A stretch of DNA of 64,000 bases from Minutocellus sp. GHC0000111 (lineage: Eukaryota): positions 744,001 through 808,000 of the forward strand of contig OZ361260.1 of assembly GCA_977018835.1 (NCBI GenBank), given 5' to 3'. The position numbers and the translations under genes are program-made. The notes beneath the pieces were generated by a model. It had not been told where the DNA came from, ran no database searches, and saw only the letters and a list, made by a program, of their open reading frames with translations. Positions 33,066 through 42,081 of this stretch are shown here, piece by piece. Each line of letters starts with the position of its first letter. Position 1 is the stretch's first letter.

Positions 33066-34142
33066 TTATGCAACAAATGCCGATTTCTCGTCACGAATAA
33101 AATCTCGAATCGACCTCCCAGGACGATTCAGCAATTGCTCCACTTGCCCTGTTACTTCTTTATATTTTCCCAATTCTTCTAGGAAAGGCCGCAGTCCCTT
33201 CGCAGCGACCGACGGGATTCCATTTGATTCCAAGGCTGCCTCGAGTGATATATTTTCAATCTCCACAGATCTTTTTAGCTCATCTGATATCGCTCCTGCA
33301 ACATCCTTCCTAATGCTTACGGCAGACGGGCCCGTCAATTCGTAACTTTTGTTGCCGTGCTCTTCTGCTGGTTTTGTTGATGACAAGATGTTTGCTGCCA
33401 CTGACGCTACATCGATGCAATCTATCATCGAAATCGTACATTCGGCCATTGGATGAGTTGCTTTCATTTGGCCTTCAGGAGCAAGTGGAACATTTATGCC
33501 AAGGAAGCTGCCTGCGGTCAGCACTTGCATGAACATATTTGGGCGCAATACACAGTAGTTCCCGTCGCAGTTCGCACGAAGATATTCCTCTACAACTCGA
33601 TGTTCCTTGGCATATGCTGATGCTCCCTCTCCATCGTTTGCATCCATTATCGGTGTCGCTGTGCTTAGCTTTGTAGTGAACAGATTGTTATCCGTGCTTT
33701 TTGTATGAGCAATTGCTTCTTTCAACACGTTCAACTCAAGATTTGCTTGGTCTGGTACGTTGCCACACGACAAAAATAAGCGGCATTCGTCGGTGGAAGG
33801 GATAGATTCAAAAGCGTCCCTCAATTGCTCTGGACTTGAATAATCTGCCTCCATTATGGAGAGACCAGCGATGGCATCGTCAACGCCACCTGTATTCTTC
33901 ATCATCGTCTTGAGTTTGTTGGCATCTCGAACCAACGCTACAATCTGGTTGGATGGTTCGCCATCATTGTTATTCAGCAGCTCACGAAGCAGCCGTGAAC
34001 CTACTTTGCCACAGGCTCCGCTCACAACAATCGTTGTGGATGGGCTTGCGAGTGCCATCGCGTGGGAATAATGAGAAAATAAGAGTGCGTGCAAAAATAC
34101 AATCGGAAAGATAATATCGAATGGTAATTGGAAATACCTCAT
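33066..34142 (-). CDS. NmrA-like atypical SDR (NAD(P)-binding), with signal-like N-terminus
   Basis: IVVSGACGKVG, ALVRD, VLRPNMFMQ, ISMIDCIDVA, YELTGP. Confidence 0.88.
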   Translation of the reverse strand: MRYFQLPFDIIFPIVFLHALLFSHYSHAMALASPSTTIVVSGACGKVGSRLLRELLNNNDGEPSNQIVALVRDANKLKTMMKNTGGVDDAIAGLSIMEADYSSPEQLRDAFESIPSTDECRLFLSCGNVPDQANLELNVLKEAIAHTKSTDNNLFTTKLSTATPIMDANDGEGASAYAKEHRVVEEYLRANCDGNYCVLRPNMFMQVLTAGSFLGINVPLAPEGQMKATHPMAECTISMIDCIDVASVAANILSSTKPAEEHGNKSYELTGPSAVSIRKDVAGAISDELKRSVEIENISLEAALESNGIPSVAAKGLRPFLEELGKYKEVTGQVEQLLNRPGRSIRDFIRDEKSAFVA

Positions 34143-34316
34143 CTTTACATGAGGTAGCTTCCTTGATTGATTGTGCACGTTCTGGTGCCGGTGGGTGACT
34201 GGCTTGCTTGGCTGGCGATCAGCCGTGTGGCAGCGTGGTAGGCCTAGCTAGCCTACGTACGTACGTAGCTGTGGTAGCCGGTGAGTCAGCCACTCCGGGT
34301 TTCTTTCGAGGTGGTT

Positions 34317-34416
34317 TGCTTTCAAGGGCGTCAAAGAGTATCTCTTCCATCACTTCACTTGAACGTGCTTTCAAGGGCGTCAAAGAGTATCTTTTCCATC
34401 ACTTCACTTGAACGTG
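34317..34416. repeat. 49-bp tandem duplication (2 copies)
   Basis: TGCTTTCAAGGGCGTCAAAGAGTATCT(C/T)TTCCATCACTTCACTTGAACG twice. Confidence 0.9.
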
Positions 34417-34469
34417 AAGCCAAAAAGCATTCCAACTTCAATCCAATTCTTGAAATTGCATTTATCACC

Positions 34470-35134
34470 ATGGGTAAGTCGCGCGGCGCCATCTATCCGC
34501 GCTTAGAGGCAGGCCGTCGTCAGGGGCTGGAGGCTCCTGGTGGCTAATGGCTTATCGTCTCATCTTGGATCGCCATGGCATTTTCTCATCAATAACAATC
34601 ACAATTCGGGCCATCGTCAGAGGCTGGAGGCTCGTGGTGGCTTAAAAATGGCACATGACACATCTTCTCATCTTGGGTCGCAATGGTTTTCTCATCAGTA
34701 ACAATCACGCTTCAACTCATCGCGTCCACATTTCTTGTCATTTCCCTTGTCATTCCCTTTTTTATTTGGCAGCCACTATTTCTCCTAACGAGTGCGAGAG
34801 GTTGAACGACTACCTCGGCCCGAAGACTCCCGGCGGTTGTTTCGTACTGGGCCACAACGACGGCGATGATCCCTTTACGCATGGCGTCGAGAAGGGCGAA
34901 ACTCCTTTCCAGGGCAAGGATGCCACCCATCATCGCAACTCGTGGCTTTGGCCCAAGTTGGCCCGTCGTGTGACGAAAAACAGTGACCTTCATCAGTCGC
35001 GCTGGCGCCGCCCTGTCGAAGTCAGCGGTGATGAGTGCAACCGCATCTACAATCTTCTCAAGCTCAAGCTTGAAGATAGCCAGGAGGCCCTCGATGAGCT
35101 CCCCGTGGGATGCAAGAAGTTTGTCATGTCGTAG
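34470..35134 (+). CDS. Hypothetical 121-aa protein with a 4-nt first coding exon
   Basis: ATG G|GTAAGT donor at 34474, polypyrimidine-CAG acceptor at 34772, giving MATISPNECERLNDYLG... Confidence 0.6.
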
Positions 35135-35392
35135 ATCCAATTCAGATTGTTTTTATTGTATGAGTATGGCGGGCTGGATCAATGTTTGTTTTGCTCATTC
35201 GAGGAGAGGCGGAGGCAACGAGAGGAAGTCGACAAGCTGGAGAAAAATAGCGTGGTGTTGTAATTTTTTAAAAGAAGATATATGCTAATTGTGGAAATGC
35301 CTTATTTTGCAGCAGGCAACAGATTCCTTTTCGTCTCTACATCTATCTTTTACACATCTACTAGGTATCTATTACTTTCACATCATCAACAG

Positions 35393-36646
35393 TTATTTGA
35401 ATTGTTCAAATACATTTGTCGGGTCTAATCTCATGCCCAGGGCACAATGCAAGTTATTGAGACCCTGGGTACTGGACAAGCTCAGCCAGGCCATGCTGTA
35501 AAAGGAGTGGAGCAAATCGGGATACACACCCAGAACCTTGCTGAAGCCGCCCATATCAGTTTGGCACGAGAGCACAAAGTGCGTGAGGGCTTCCGTGTCG
35601 AGCAGATTGTCACAGCCCAACAGTCGCAACGTCCCACCGATCCAATAACTATAGCAGGTATCCTCAACCTTGTTTGGACGGCCCTGCAACCCACCCAATT
35701 GTCGCGAGACGCACCATCTGATGAGCTCATTTCTCCACCCATCTTCGGCCAGAACATCCTCAGCCTTTCCCATGAGCGTGAGTGCAGATATCGCACAAAA
35801 CGTACTTCCACCGTGACCTTCCTGTCCGGGGAGGAGGGATATAGCTCCATCGTACGATCGGCAGCTTCGAATGAAATCAACGGCCCTGTCTACGTCCACC
35901 CCCGACCAGTCATTGAGCATGTACGATACGGCGCAGGCACAAAAGAGGAACCTCATGTCGTTCTCGCTCCCGAAATGGATGCATTGGAAACTGCCGTCGT
36001 CCAATTGCAACTTCTTTAGGGACTGGATGGCACCATAACGGTCGAATCGGGACAGATCGTCTCCCAATGCCGCCAAGGTGCAAAGTGCCGTGTACGTCAT
36101 TGCCACGTGGCTATGATCGTATTCAAATCCATCGTAGGGAAGGCACCTGTATTTGCTCTTGCTGTTGCTGTTGCCGTTGCTGCCGTTGCCATCGGAGAGT
36201 TCCGCATCCTCTATCATTTTTTCGTACTGAGCGCCCGGCCCGCCGAGGAAGCCTCCGCCCTTGAATCCTCCACCTGCTTGGCTCTCATCACTTGTTCTGT
36301 TCTTGATTGGTTCGTCGTTTTGCCCGTCGTCGTTATCATCTTCGGCGCCGGCCGATGGTGACGAAGGCAGCTTCTGGAGGGAGTAGATCCAATCCACAAT
36401 CTCATCCTTGCGTATGCCCAACGTTTCCAGTTGCTCGTCGTCGTCCAGCACTCCCAGTAGGTCGAGGGAATGGACGGCAAAGTGACAGAGCGTGAGCCGA
36501 TTCGTATCGAGGTGTGCGTATGCGGCGGGCAAACTTTTCAGGGAATGTCCAAAGTAGCGAATGTGACGAGGTCGATCAAAGGGTTCAGGGGAGGACGGCG
36601 GCTCATTGCTATCGTCGTTAGGAGATGGAGGTGACGACATGGCCAC
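35393..36646 (-). CDS. PGGT1B: Geranylgeranyltransferase type I beta subunit
   Basis: DTNRLTL, HVAMTYTAL, ENDMRFLFCA, EGHGGSTFCA, GRPNKVEDTCYSYWIG, PDLLHSF prenyltransferase repeats. Confidence 0.9.
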   Translation of the reverse strand: MAMSSPPSPNDDSNEPPSSPEPFDRPRHIRYFGHSLKSLPAAYAHLDTNRLTLCHFAVHSLDLLGVLDDDEQLETLGIRKDEIVDWIYSLQKLPSSPSAGAEDDNDDGQNDEPIKNRTSDESQAGGGFKGGGFLGGPGAQYEKMIEDAELSDGNGSNGNSNSKSKYRCLPYDGFEYDHSHVAMTYTALCTLAALGDDLSRFDRYGAIQSLKKLQLDDGSFQCIHFGSENDMRFLFCACAVSYMLNDWSGVDVDRAVDFIRSCRSYDGAISLLPGQEGHGGSTFCAISALTLMGKAEDVLAEDGWRNELIRWCVSRQLGGLQGRPNKVEDTCYSYWIGGTLRLLGCDNLLDTEALTHFVLSCQTDMGGFSKVLGVYPDLLHSFYSMAWLSLSSTQGLNNLHCALGMRLDPTNVFEQFK

Positions 36647-36844
36647 CAGCTACACGCAGCACCGATGCAGGTCGGCCATTGAGGCAGGTCTCGGCCGAAT
36701 AAAAAATGAGGCAGGCAAACCTTTGCGGATTTCAGGATGCTAAAGAGTGGTCTGTCCGTCGCCTCCGTGTGCTTTGCTTTGCGCGCCGCCGGCCGCCGCT
36801 CAAATTTCTCCTTCCTGCGTCATTGCACTTCCATCACTGCAACC

Positions 36845-38593
36845 ATGCTCGCCCCAAGCCTCGCCATCCTGCGCCGCTCGGCCGCCAGCTCCTCGCGCAT
36901 CGTCGGTGCCGCCCGCCACCTCACCGGCGGGTCCGCCAACATCAGCGTCGATCACTACTCGTCCGGCTGGAAGATTGACGACATTGCCGATTTCACCAAG
37001 GAGGGCAAGTTCCACATCAAAACGTACAACAAGATTAGCGAGGAGGTACGTAAGCAAGCAAGCAAGGTGGAATGACAGCACAAATTCACGTAAATCGTGA
37101 GACATAATAACCAGCAGGTCAACATTCCCACACCATGCTCGGTCGCTATCTCACGGAAAGTAACTCGTTTTCAGTGATGAGAGGGCACGTGTTCATGCTT
37201 GCATTTCTTCTGACCTCCCATTTTTTGGCCAGATGCAAGATGGGACGGGCCTTACATCTATTTTTCTAATCAATGTATTGCGATTCAGTTTACTCACAAT
37301 AATTACTATTCTCAATGCAATGATACGCGGTGTGGTCCAAATGTATATGTGCGTACCTACGTGTAGGGTCTCAAGCAATTCCCCGAGGAAAAGTATGAGA
37401 TCAAGCCCTCGGAGTGGGATGCCTTCAACGCGCATGCCATCCTCCTCCGCTCTCACAAGCTGCAGGAGTCCGAGGTCGACGTCAGTGTCCGTGCCATCGC
37501 CCGATGCGGTGCCGGCACCAACAACGTTCCCGTCGCCCGCATGACCGAGTTGGGCATCCCGGTGTTCAACACCCCCGGTGCCAACGCCAACGCCGTCAAG
37601 GAGCTCGTCCTTTGCGGTATGCTCCTCGGCTCTCGTCGTGTCGTTGACGGCATCAACCACATGAAGGAGCTCGGTGCGGCTGGCCAGGCCCGTGAGCTCG
37701 TGGAGAAGGACAAGGCCATGTTCGGTGGTCGGGAGCTCAAGGGAAAAACTCTCGCCGTCGTTGGTTTGGGACACATTGGTGCCTCCACTGCTCGTGATGC
37801 TGCCGCTCTTGGCATGGACATTGTCGGATACGACCCCGGTCTTTCGATCGATTCGGCTCTGAAGCTTCCCCGTGAGATCACTCTTGTGGACAGCATCTCG
37901 AGCGCTGTTGCCAACGCCGATTACATCTCGTTGAACATCCCCTACATCAAGGGCTCGCCTAAGCAGGGTGGAACTCACGGCATCTTTGGCAACGATGTCA
38001 TTTCTCACCTCAAGTCGGATGCTGTCATTCTCAACTTTGCTCGCGGTGAACTTGTGGATTCGGATGCCATGAAGTCCTTCCTTGACAGTGGCGATGGACG
38101 GTACGTTACCGATTTCCCCGACGATGTTTGCTGGGACCACAAGAACGCGGTCGTTCTTCCCCATCTCGGTGCCTCGACGGAGGAAGCCGAGGATCAGGCC
38201 GCCGCCATGGCTGCCAACACCATTCGGGATTACGTTGAGACCGGTGCCATCAAGAACTCGGTGAACTTCCCGGAAACCACCCTCCCCGACAGACCGGCCA
38301 ATTCCATCCGTATGACTGTCGTGAACAAGAACATTCCTGGTATGCTTGCCCACATCACCGAGGCCTTCGCCAAGGCTGACCTCAACATTATCCAACAGAT
38401 CAACCACTCCCGGGGTGACATTGCGTACAATGTGTTGGACATTGATCCCACCAGTAACGGCGGTGACGGCATCTGCCTCAAGGACTTGCAAAGGGAGCTG
38501 ACCATGCTTGAGGGTGTTTTGAGCAGCCGAGTTCTCTTCGATTGCCCTGGCGCTGGATATGCCCGAAACATTGAGGGATCGTACTTCATCTAA
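36845..38593 (+). CDS. PHGDH: D-3-phosphoglycerate dehydrogenase with C-terminal ACT domain, mitochondrial-type transit peptide
   Basis: Exon 36845-37045, intron 37046-37366, then ARCGAGTNN, NTPGANANAVKE, GLGHIG, NFARG, PHLGAST, NKNIPGML (ACT). Confidence 0.93.
37096..37259 (+). ncRNA. Candidate intronic H/ACA box snoRNA
   Basis: Hairpin 1 (CGTGAGA/TCTCACG, ACCAGCA/TGCTCGGT), H box AAAGTA 37157-37162, hairpin 2 (AGGGC/GCCTT, CTTGCATTT/AGATGCAAG), ACA at 37254-37256 followed by 3 nt; sense to the host intron. Confidence 0.72.
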
Positions 38594-38997
38594 ATATTCT
38601 GTAGAAAGTAATAAAATAACGGAAAACGCTACATAGACATGCCTTGTTACTCTTTTGAAGGGTTGGGTACTGCACAGGGGCAGATCTTATTGATCTGCCG
38701 ACATCATCGGGGTTTTCGGAGTTTCGCGTACTGGTTCGAGTGAGTCCATGATTTGATTCATTCGACTCTCAAACAAACAGTTGGTGAAGGCAGGGCAAGG
38801 GCTATTTTGGTCTGATTTTGAATCTTGCCGCCGACGAAAGTAGCGTCTGAGTGCAAGGGCTGTTGCAAAGTGTCACAAGCATGACGATTTTGGTCGTATC
38901 CTGGACTAAAGGGCTTTCAAATCTCTATTTCACTTGCCGCTCCCGCCGATAATTTCCTCATTTTTCATCACAAAGTAAATATCCAACCACAAACAAA

Positions 38998-39466
38998 ATG
39001 ATTGCCCAACGATTCTTCACCCTTGCCATCATCGTCGCTGTCGCCGTTGTAGCCAATGCCGACCCGCGTCTTCGCGCCACTGCTGACCTTGTCAACACCG
39101 AGGAGGTGGGTGAAAACAGTTTTTAGCTTGGTCTGATTTGATTGATATTTATTCGTAGCAACATTCTCTTGCATGAGGCGTATTTTCTATTCTTTCCCAC
39201 AATCGGTTTTCATTCCTTTCTCACGCATATCCTTGTCCACGCATTATTTTGCATCATGATTTTCTTCTTTCGTCATTTTCTTACAGATGAATGAGGATGC
39301 CACCTTCTGGGGCCGTGAGCTCGGTGGCTCCAGCACTAGCTCGAGCAGCGGAAAGGGCAAGGGCAAAGGTGGTTCCAGTTCAAAGGGTTCCAAGGGAAGT
39401 AAGGGATCAAAGAGCAGCAAGAAGTCTGGAAAGGGCAAGGGCAAGGGAGGTTCGAAGTCGAGGTAA
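38998..39466 (+). CDS. 95-aa secreted Lys/Ser/Gly-rich silaffin-like peptide precursor
   Basis: Exons 38998-39105 and 39287-39466; signal peptide, WGREL (RXL), then KGKGKGG and KGSK/KSSK/KSGK motifs. Confidence 0.8.
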
Positions 39467-39743
39467 ACGTGTCGTGTCTTTTTGCAATACAATATCAAAT
39501 ATTATTTTGTACGTGTGACCTTCACTTCATCATCGATTCCAGCAAAAGAGCGCCCACAATGAAATGCATCGATGATAATGCATATTTGATTGATGGATAG
39601 AGTAGTAGTAGCAGCTCCTCATCGTCGGTTCATTGATGAACGCAATATGTAATTTAGAATTTTGTTTAAATACGGTCTTATTGGCATTGGACAAAAATCA
39701 ATTCTACATTATAATTGTATTTCGCATTTCAATTTTTCTCGTT

Positions 39744-41777
39744 CTAAATTCGCCACGCACACAGAGGCCTGCGCATGTATGGCTTTTCCTTCTCCTCTTC
39801 ATCGACATCGTGCTCGCTCTCCATGCCCAACGTATCGCCCGACTCTCGAAAGCATATAGCAGCTGTGGCACCAATCGCGCCGACACTTGCAATGGCTTCC
39901 GCCGATGTCAGTCCAACAGTCACAATGCCCATGAGAATACTTTCCGTGCCAACAACCGCAGCGAGGCCTGCCATCGCAAACGGCATTGCCACAGTTGTCC
40001 CGACAGCAATGGATGTGCCAATGGCAAAGGTCTTGATCTTCCCACTCGACACAGCCCTCGGTAGGACAGGATCGACTCGCCACACTTCTCTTTGATCGTC
40101 ACCGATTTCGGTGACAGTACAAAGCTTGGGATTAATCTTGGAGTTGGCAGATTGAGATTCTTCTGCACTACTACTGGTATCCTGTCCTTCAAAATGGTAG
40201 GACAACATGCGGCCATCGTGCTGAACAGAATGAAACACATATCCACCATCAGTTCTCGACATGTCCATCTTCCAAAGCTCCGAATTTCCAGCGTCCGCTG
40301 CTAAGCACACATCTCCACCTTCCTCAGCGCCAATATATTTCTCCTCCTTGACGTGATACAAGCGCACCAAGCCCTCTGCATCGAGCTGTTCCACAACGAC
40401 TTCATCCAATTGCTTCTTGTTGTCAGTGACGAAAGGAAATGGTCCCAGAGTTTTGGGCATGTTGTATAACGATGCAAGCGAGTACTTTTGAGAATGCCCA
40501 GCATTGAGATGCCAGAGCGATGCCTTCTCGTCAAAATGTACTGATATAAACACGCCCTCTTCGGTGTGGCACAGAAAATCTCCAAGTCGCTTGGAAGACG
40601 CCGATCGGATCACGACGCCCTCGGAAGCGTACTGCCCAGGAGCCTTCTCGACATACCATTCATCCATCCCAATCTCTGGCCCTTCGTCAACAATGTGGGA
40701 TGCACTGCACATTATTACTGACCCGTCTTCTGGGTTACAGCACAAAAAGTGCTGGCTGTGCATCCAAGAACAGATACGAAGTTTGCCACCACCACACTCG
40801 ATGAAACGAAATACCTCCCATCCCTTGGCGGTCGAGGTCAGAGTAAGTCGGCCCATCATGTCGCAACGCAGTTGTTTCTGTATCGACGGCGCCGACATGA
40901 AACATAGTTCACCAGTCACGAGTTCTACGTTCCAACTCTCCGCCTTGTTATTCTGATCTTGGAGGCATATGTGGGTGGCATTGCTCGAGGATGGAATAAG
41001 CGACGAGGTTGACATCGATTTTGCTGATGCCGACATCATTGACGTGCGCAATGATGAGAACGAGGAGGAGAACCGATCCTTGGCCGATATTGGTGCCGAT
41101 GCCGGTGCCGCAGTTGTCGGTGCTGCCGCCGCTTCTGCCGATGCAGATGCCACCGCAGCTACTGCCAAGTTCTTTTCATTCTGCTTTGACACCAAGAAAT
41201 GACCACCGTGAGGGCTGCGCATCAACAACCATGCTGCTGATTCGTCCGGTTTGGCATCTGGATTTTCCTTGGTCGCAAATTCTGTGGTGCTGATGGTCCC
41301 ATCGGCCGATGAGGTGAGATACCGCCCGAACTTGTACGATTTGATATGGAACAGTACTTTTTGCTGTGGCTGCTGCTGCGATGTTATTTCGCCGGTGCCT
41401 TCCGCTTGAGATTCGTCGTCTGTTGCGCTGGAGGGCACGGGTAACAAAAAGAACTGATCCTTCTCACCACGATTCTTGGTCAGCGATACCCCTCCCTTCT
41501 TGGTTGAGGTTAGGCGACGGTGTGGCTGCGATAATGAATTGATGAAACACCGAGATGGTTGTTCGATGCATGGCAATATCCCGAGGCCCTTGGAAAGTTC
41601 ACGACCTCCTTGCGTTTCGGCGGTGCTCGTTTCCTCCTCGTTGCTTTCGGCCGTGGTTCCGTTGCCAGAAATATCAGTGGTAGCAACACTATTTGCGATA
41701 GCAACAGTATCGGGCGCATCAGTGCCAGTGCTCTGATCGCCAGTGCTACCGGCAGTGGCGGTACCTGTAACGGTCAT
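39744..41777 (-). CDS. Fascin/actin-crosslinking-like beta-trefoil repeat protein with hydrophobic C-terminus
   Basis: Repeats such as FHIKSYKFGRYLTSSADG and GWEVFRFIECGGGKLRICSW; C-terminal Ala/Gly hydrophobic segments. Confidence 0.55.
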   Translation of the reverse strand: MTVTGTATAGSTGDQSTGTDAPDTVAIANSVATTDISGNGTTAESNEEETSTAETQGGRELSKGLGILPCIEQPSRCFINSLSQPHRRLTSTKKGGVSLTKNRGEKDQFFLLPVPSSATDDESQAEGTGEITSQQQPQQKVLFHIKSYKFGRYLTSSADGTISTTEFATKENPDAKPDESAAWLLMRSPHGGHFLVSKQNEKNLAVAAVASASAEAAAAPTTAAPASAPISAKDRFSSSFSSLRTSMMSASAKSMSTSSLIPSSSNATHICLQDQNNKAESWNVELVTGELCFMSAPSIQKQLRCDMMGRLTLTSTAKGWEVFRFIECGGGKLRICSWMHSQHFLCCNPEDGSVIMCSASHIVDEGPEIGMDEWYVEKAPGQYASEGVVIRSASSKRLGDFLCHTEEGVFISVHFDEKASLWHLNAGHSQKYSLASLYNMPKTLGPFPFVTDNKKQLDEVVVEQLDAEGLVRLYHVKEEKYIGAEEGGDVCLAADAGNSELWKMDMSRTDGGYVFHSVQHDGRMLSYHFEGQDTSSSAEESQSANSKINPKLCTVTEIGDDQREVWRVDPVLPRAVSSGKIKTFAIGTSIAVGTTVAMPFAMAGLAAVVGTESILMGIVTVGLTSAEAIASVGAIGATAAICFRESGDTLGMESEHDVDEEEKEKPYMRRPLCAWRI

Positions 41778-42081
41778 GGTCGTTCGGTCGTTCGTGAGAA
41801 AATGGGCGAGGTGGCAAAAGAGTCAAAGCCACAATGCTACAAAAGAACCCGGAGAATTTTAGCCATCGCATCAGAGCAGAGAGCTCAAGATCTCTGTCAA
41901 AGACGTATCCTCTCCGTGTTCCATCCAGCCGGCACCAAGGGATGGTAGATCTAGATCTACATGTGATCAAACTACCGGTACGGTACTACGGGCAGCTAGA
42001 TATAGTCTCTAGGCCTAGTACTTCGTGCACTGTAGACTACATGAAAACATCTAACATCTAGCTAGACTCTACGTGGGTAGT

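Larger units (their letters stand above)
30059..35500. repeat. Segmental duplication, copy 1
   Basis: Matches 58559-64000 (offset 28500); differences seen at 33729/62229 and 34333/62833. Confidence 0.97.

Noticed and set aside
30896..34142. Bacterial-like maa and NmrA genes as a horizontally acquired island
   Set aside because: Both have eukaryotic-style N-terminal extensions and host-like flanks; no operon or mobility signal, and untestable without phylogeny.
34317..34416. CRISPR-like repeat
   Set aside because: Two abutting copies with no spacer, eukaryotic context, no cas genes.
37174..37213. C box GTGATGA plus D box CTGA suggesting a C/D snoRNA
   Set aside because: Only about 40 nt apart; the H/ACA fold explains the region better.
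37046..37366. TPP riboswitch in the long intron
   Set aside because: The TPP core motifs (CUGAGA, ACCUGAU...AUACC) are not present, and the host is not a thiamine gene.
37193..38491. 432-aa minus-strand ORF
   Set aside because: Antisense to PHGDH.
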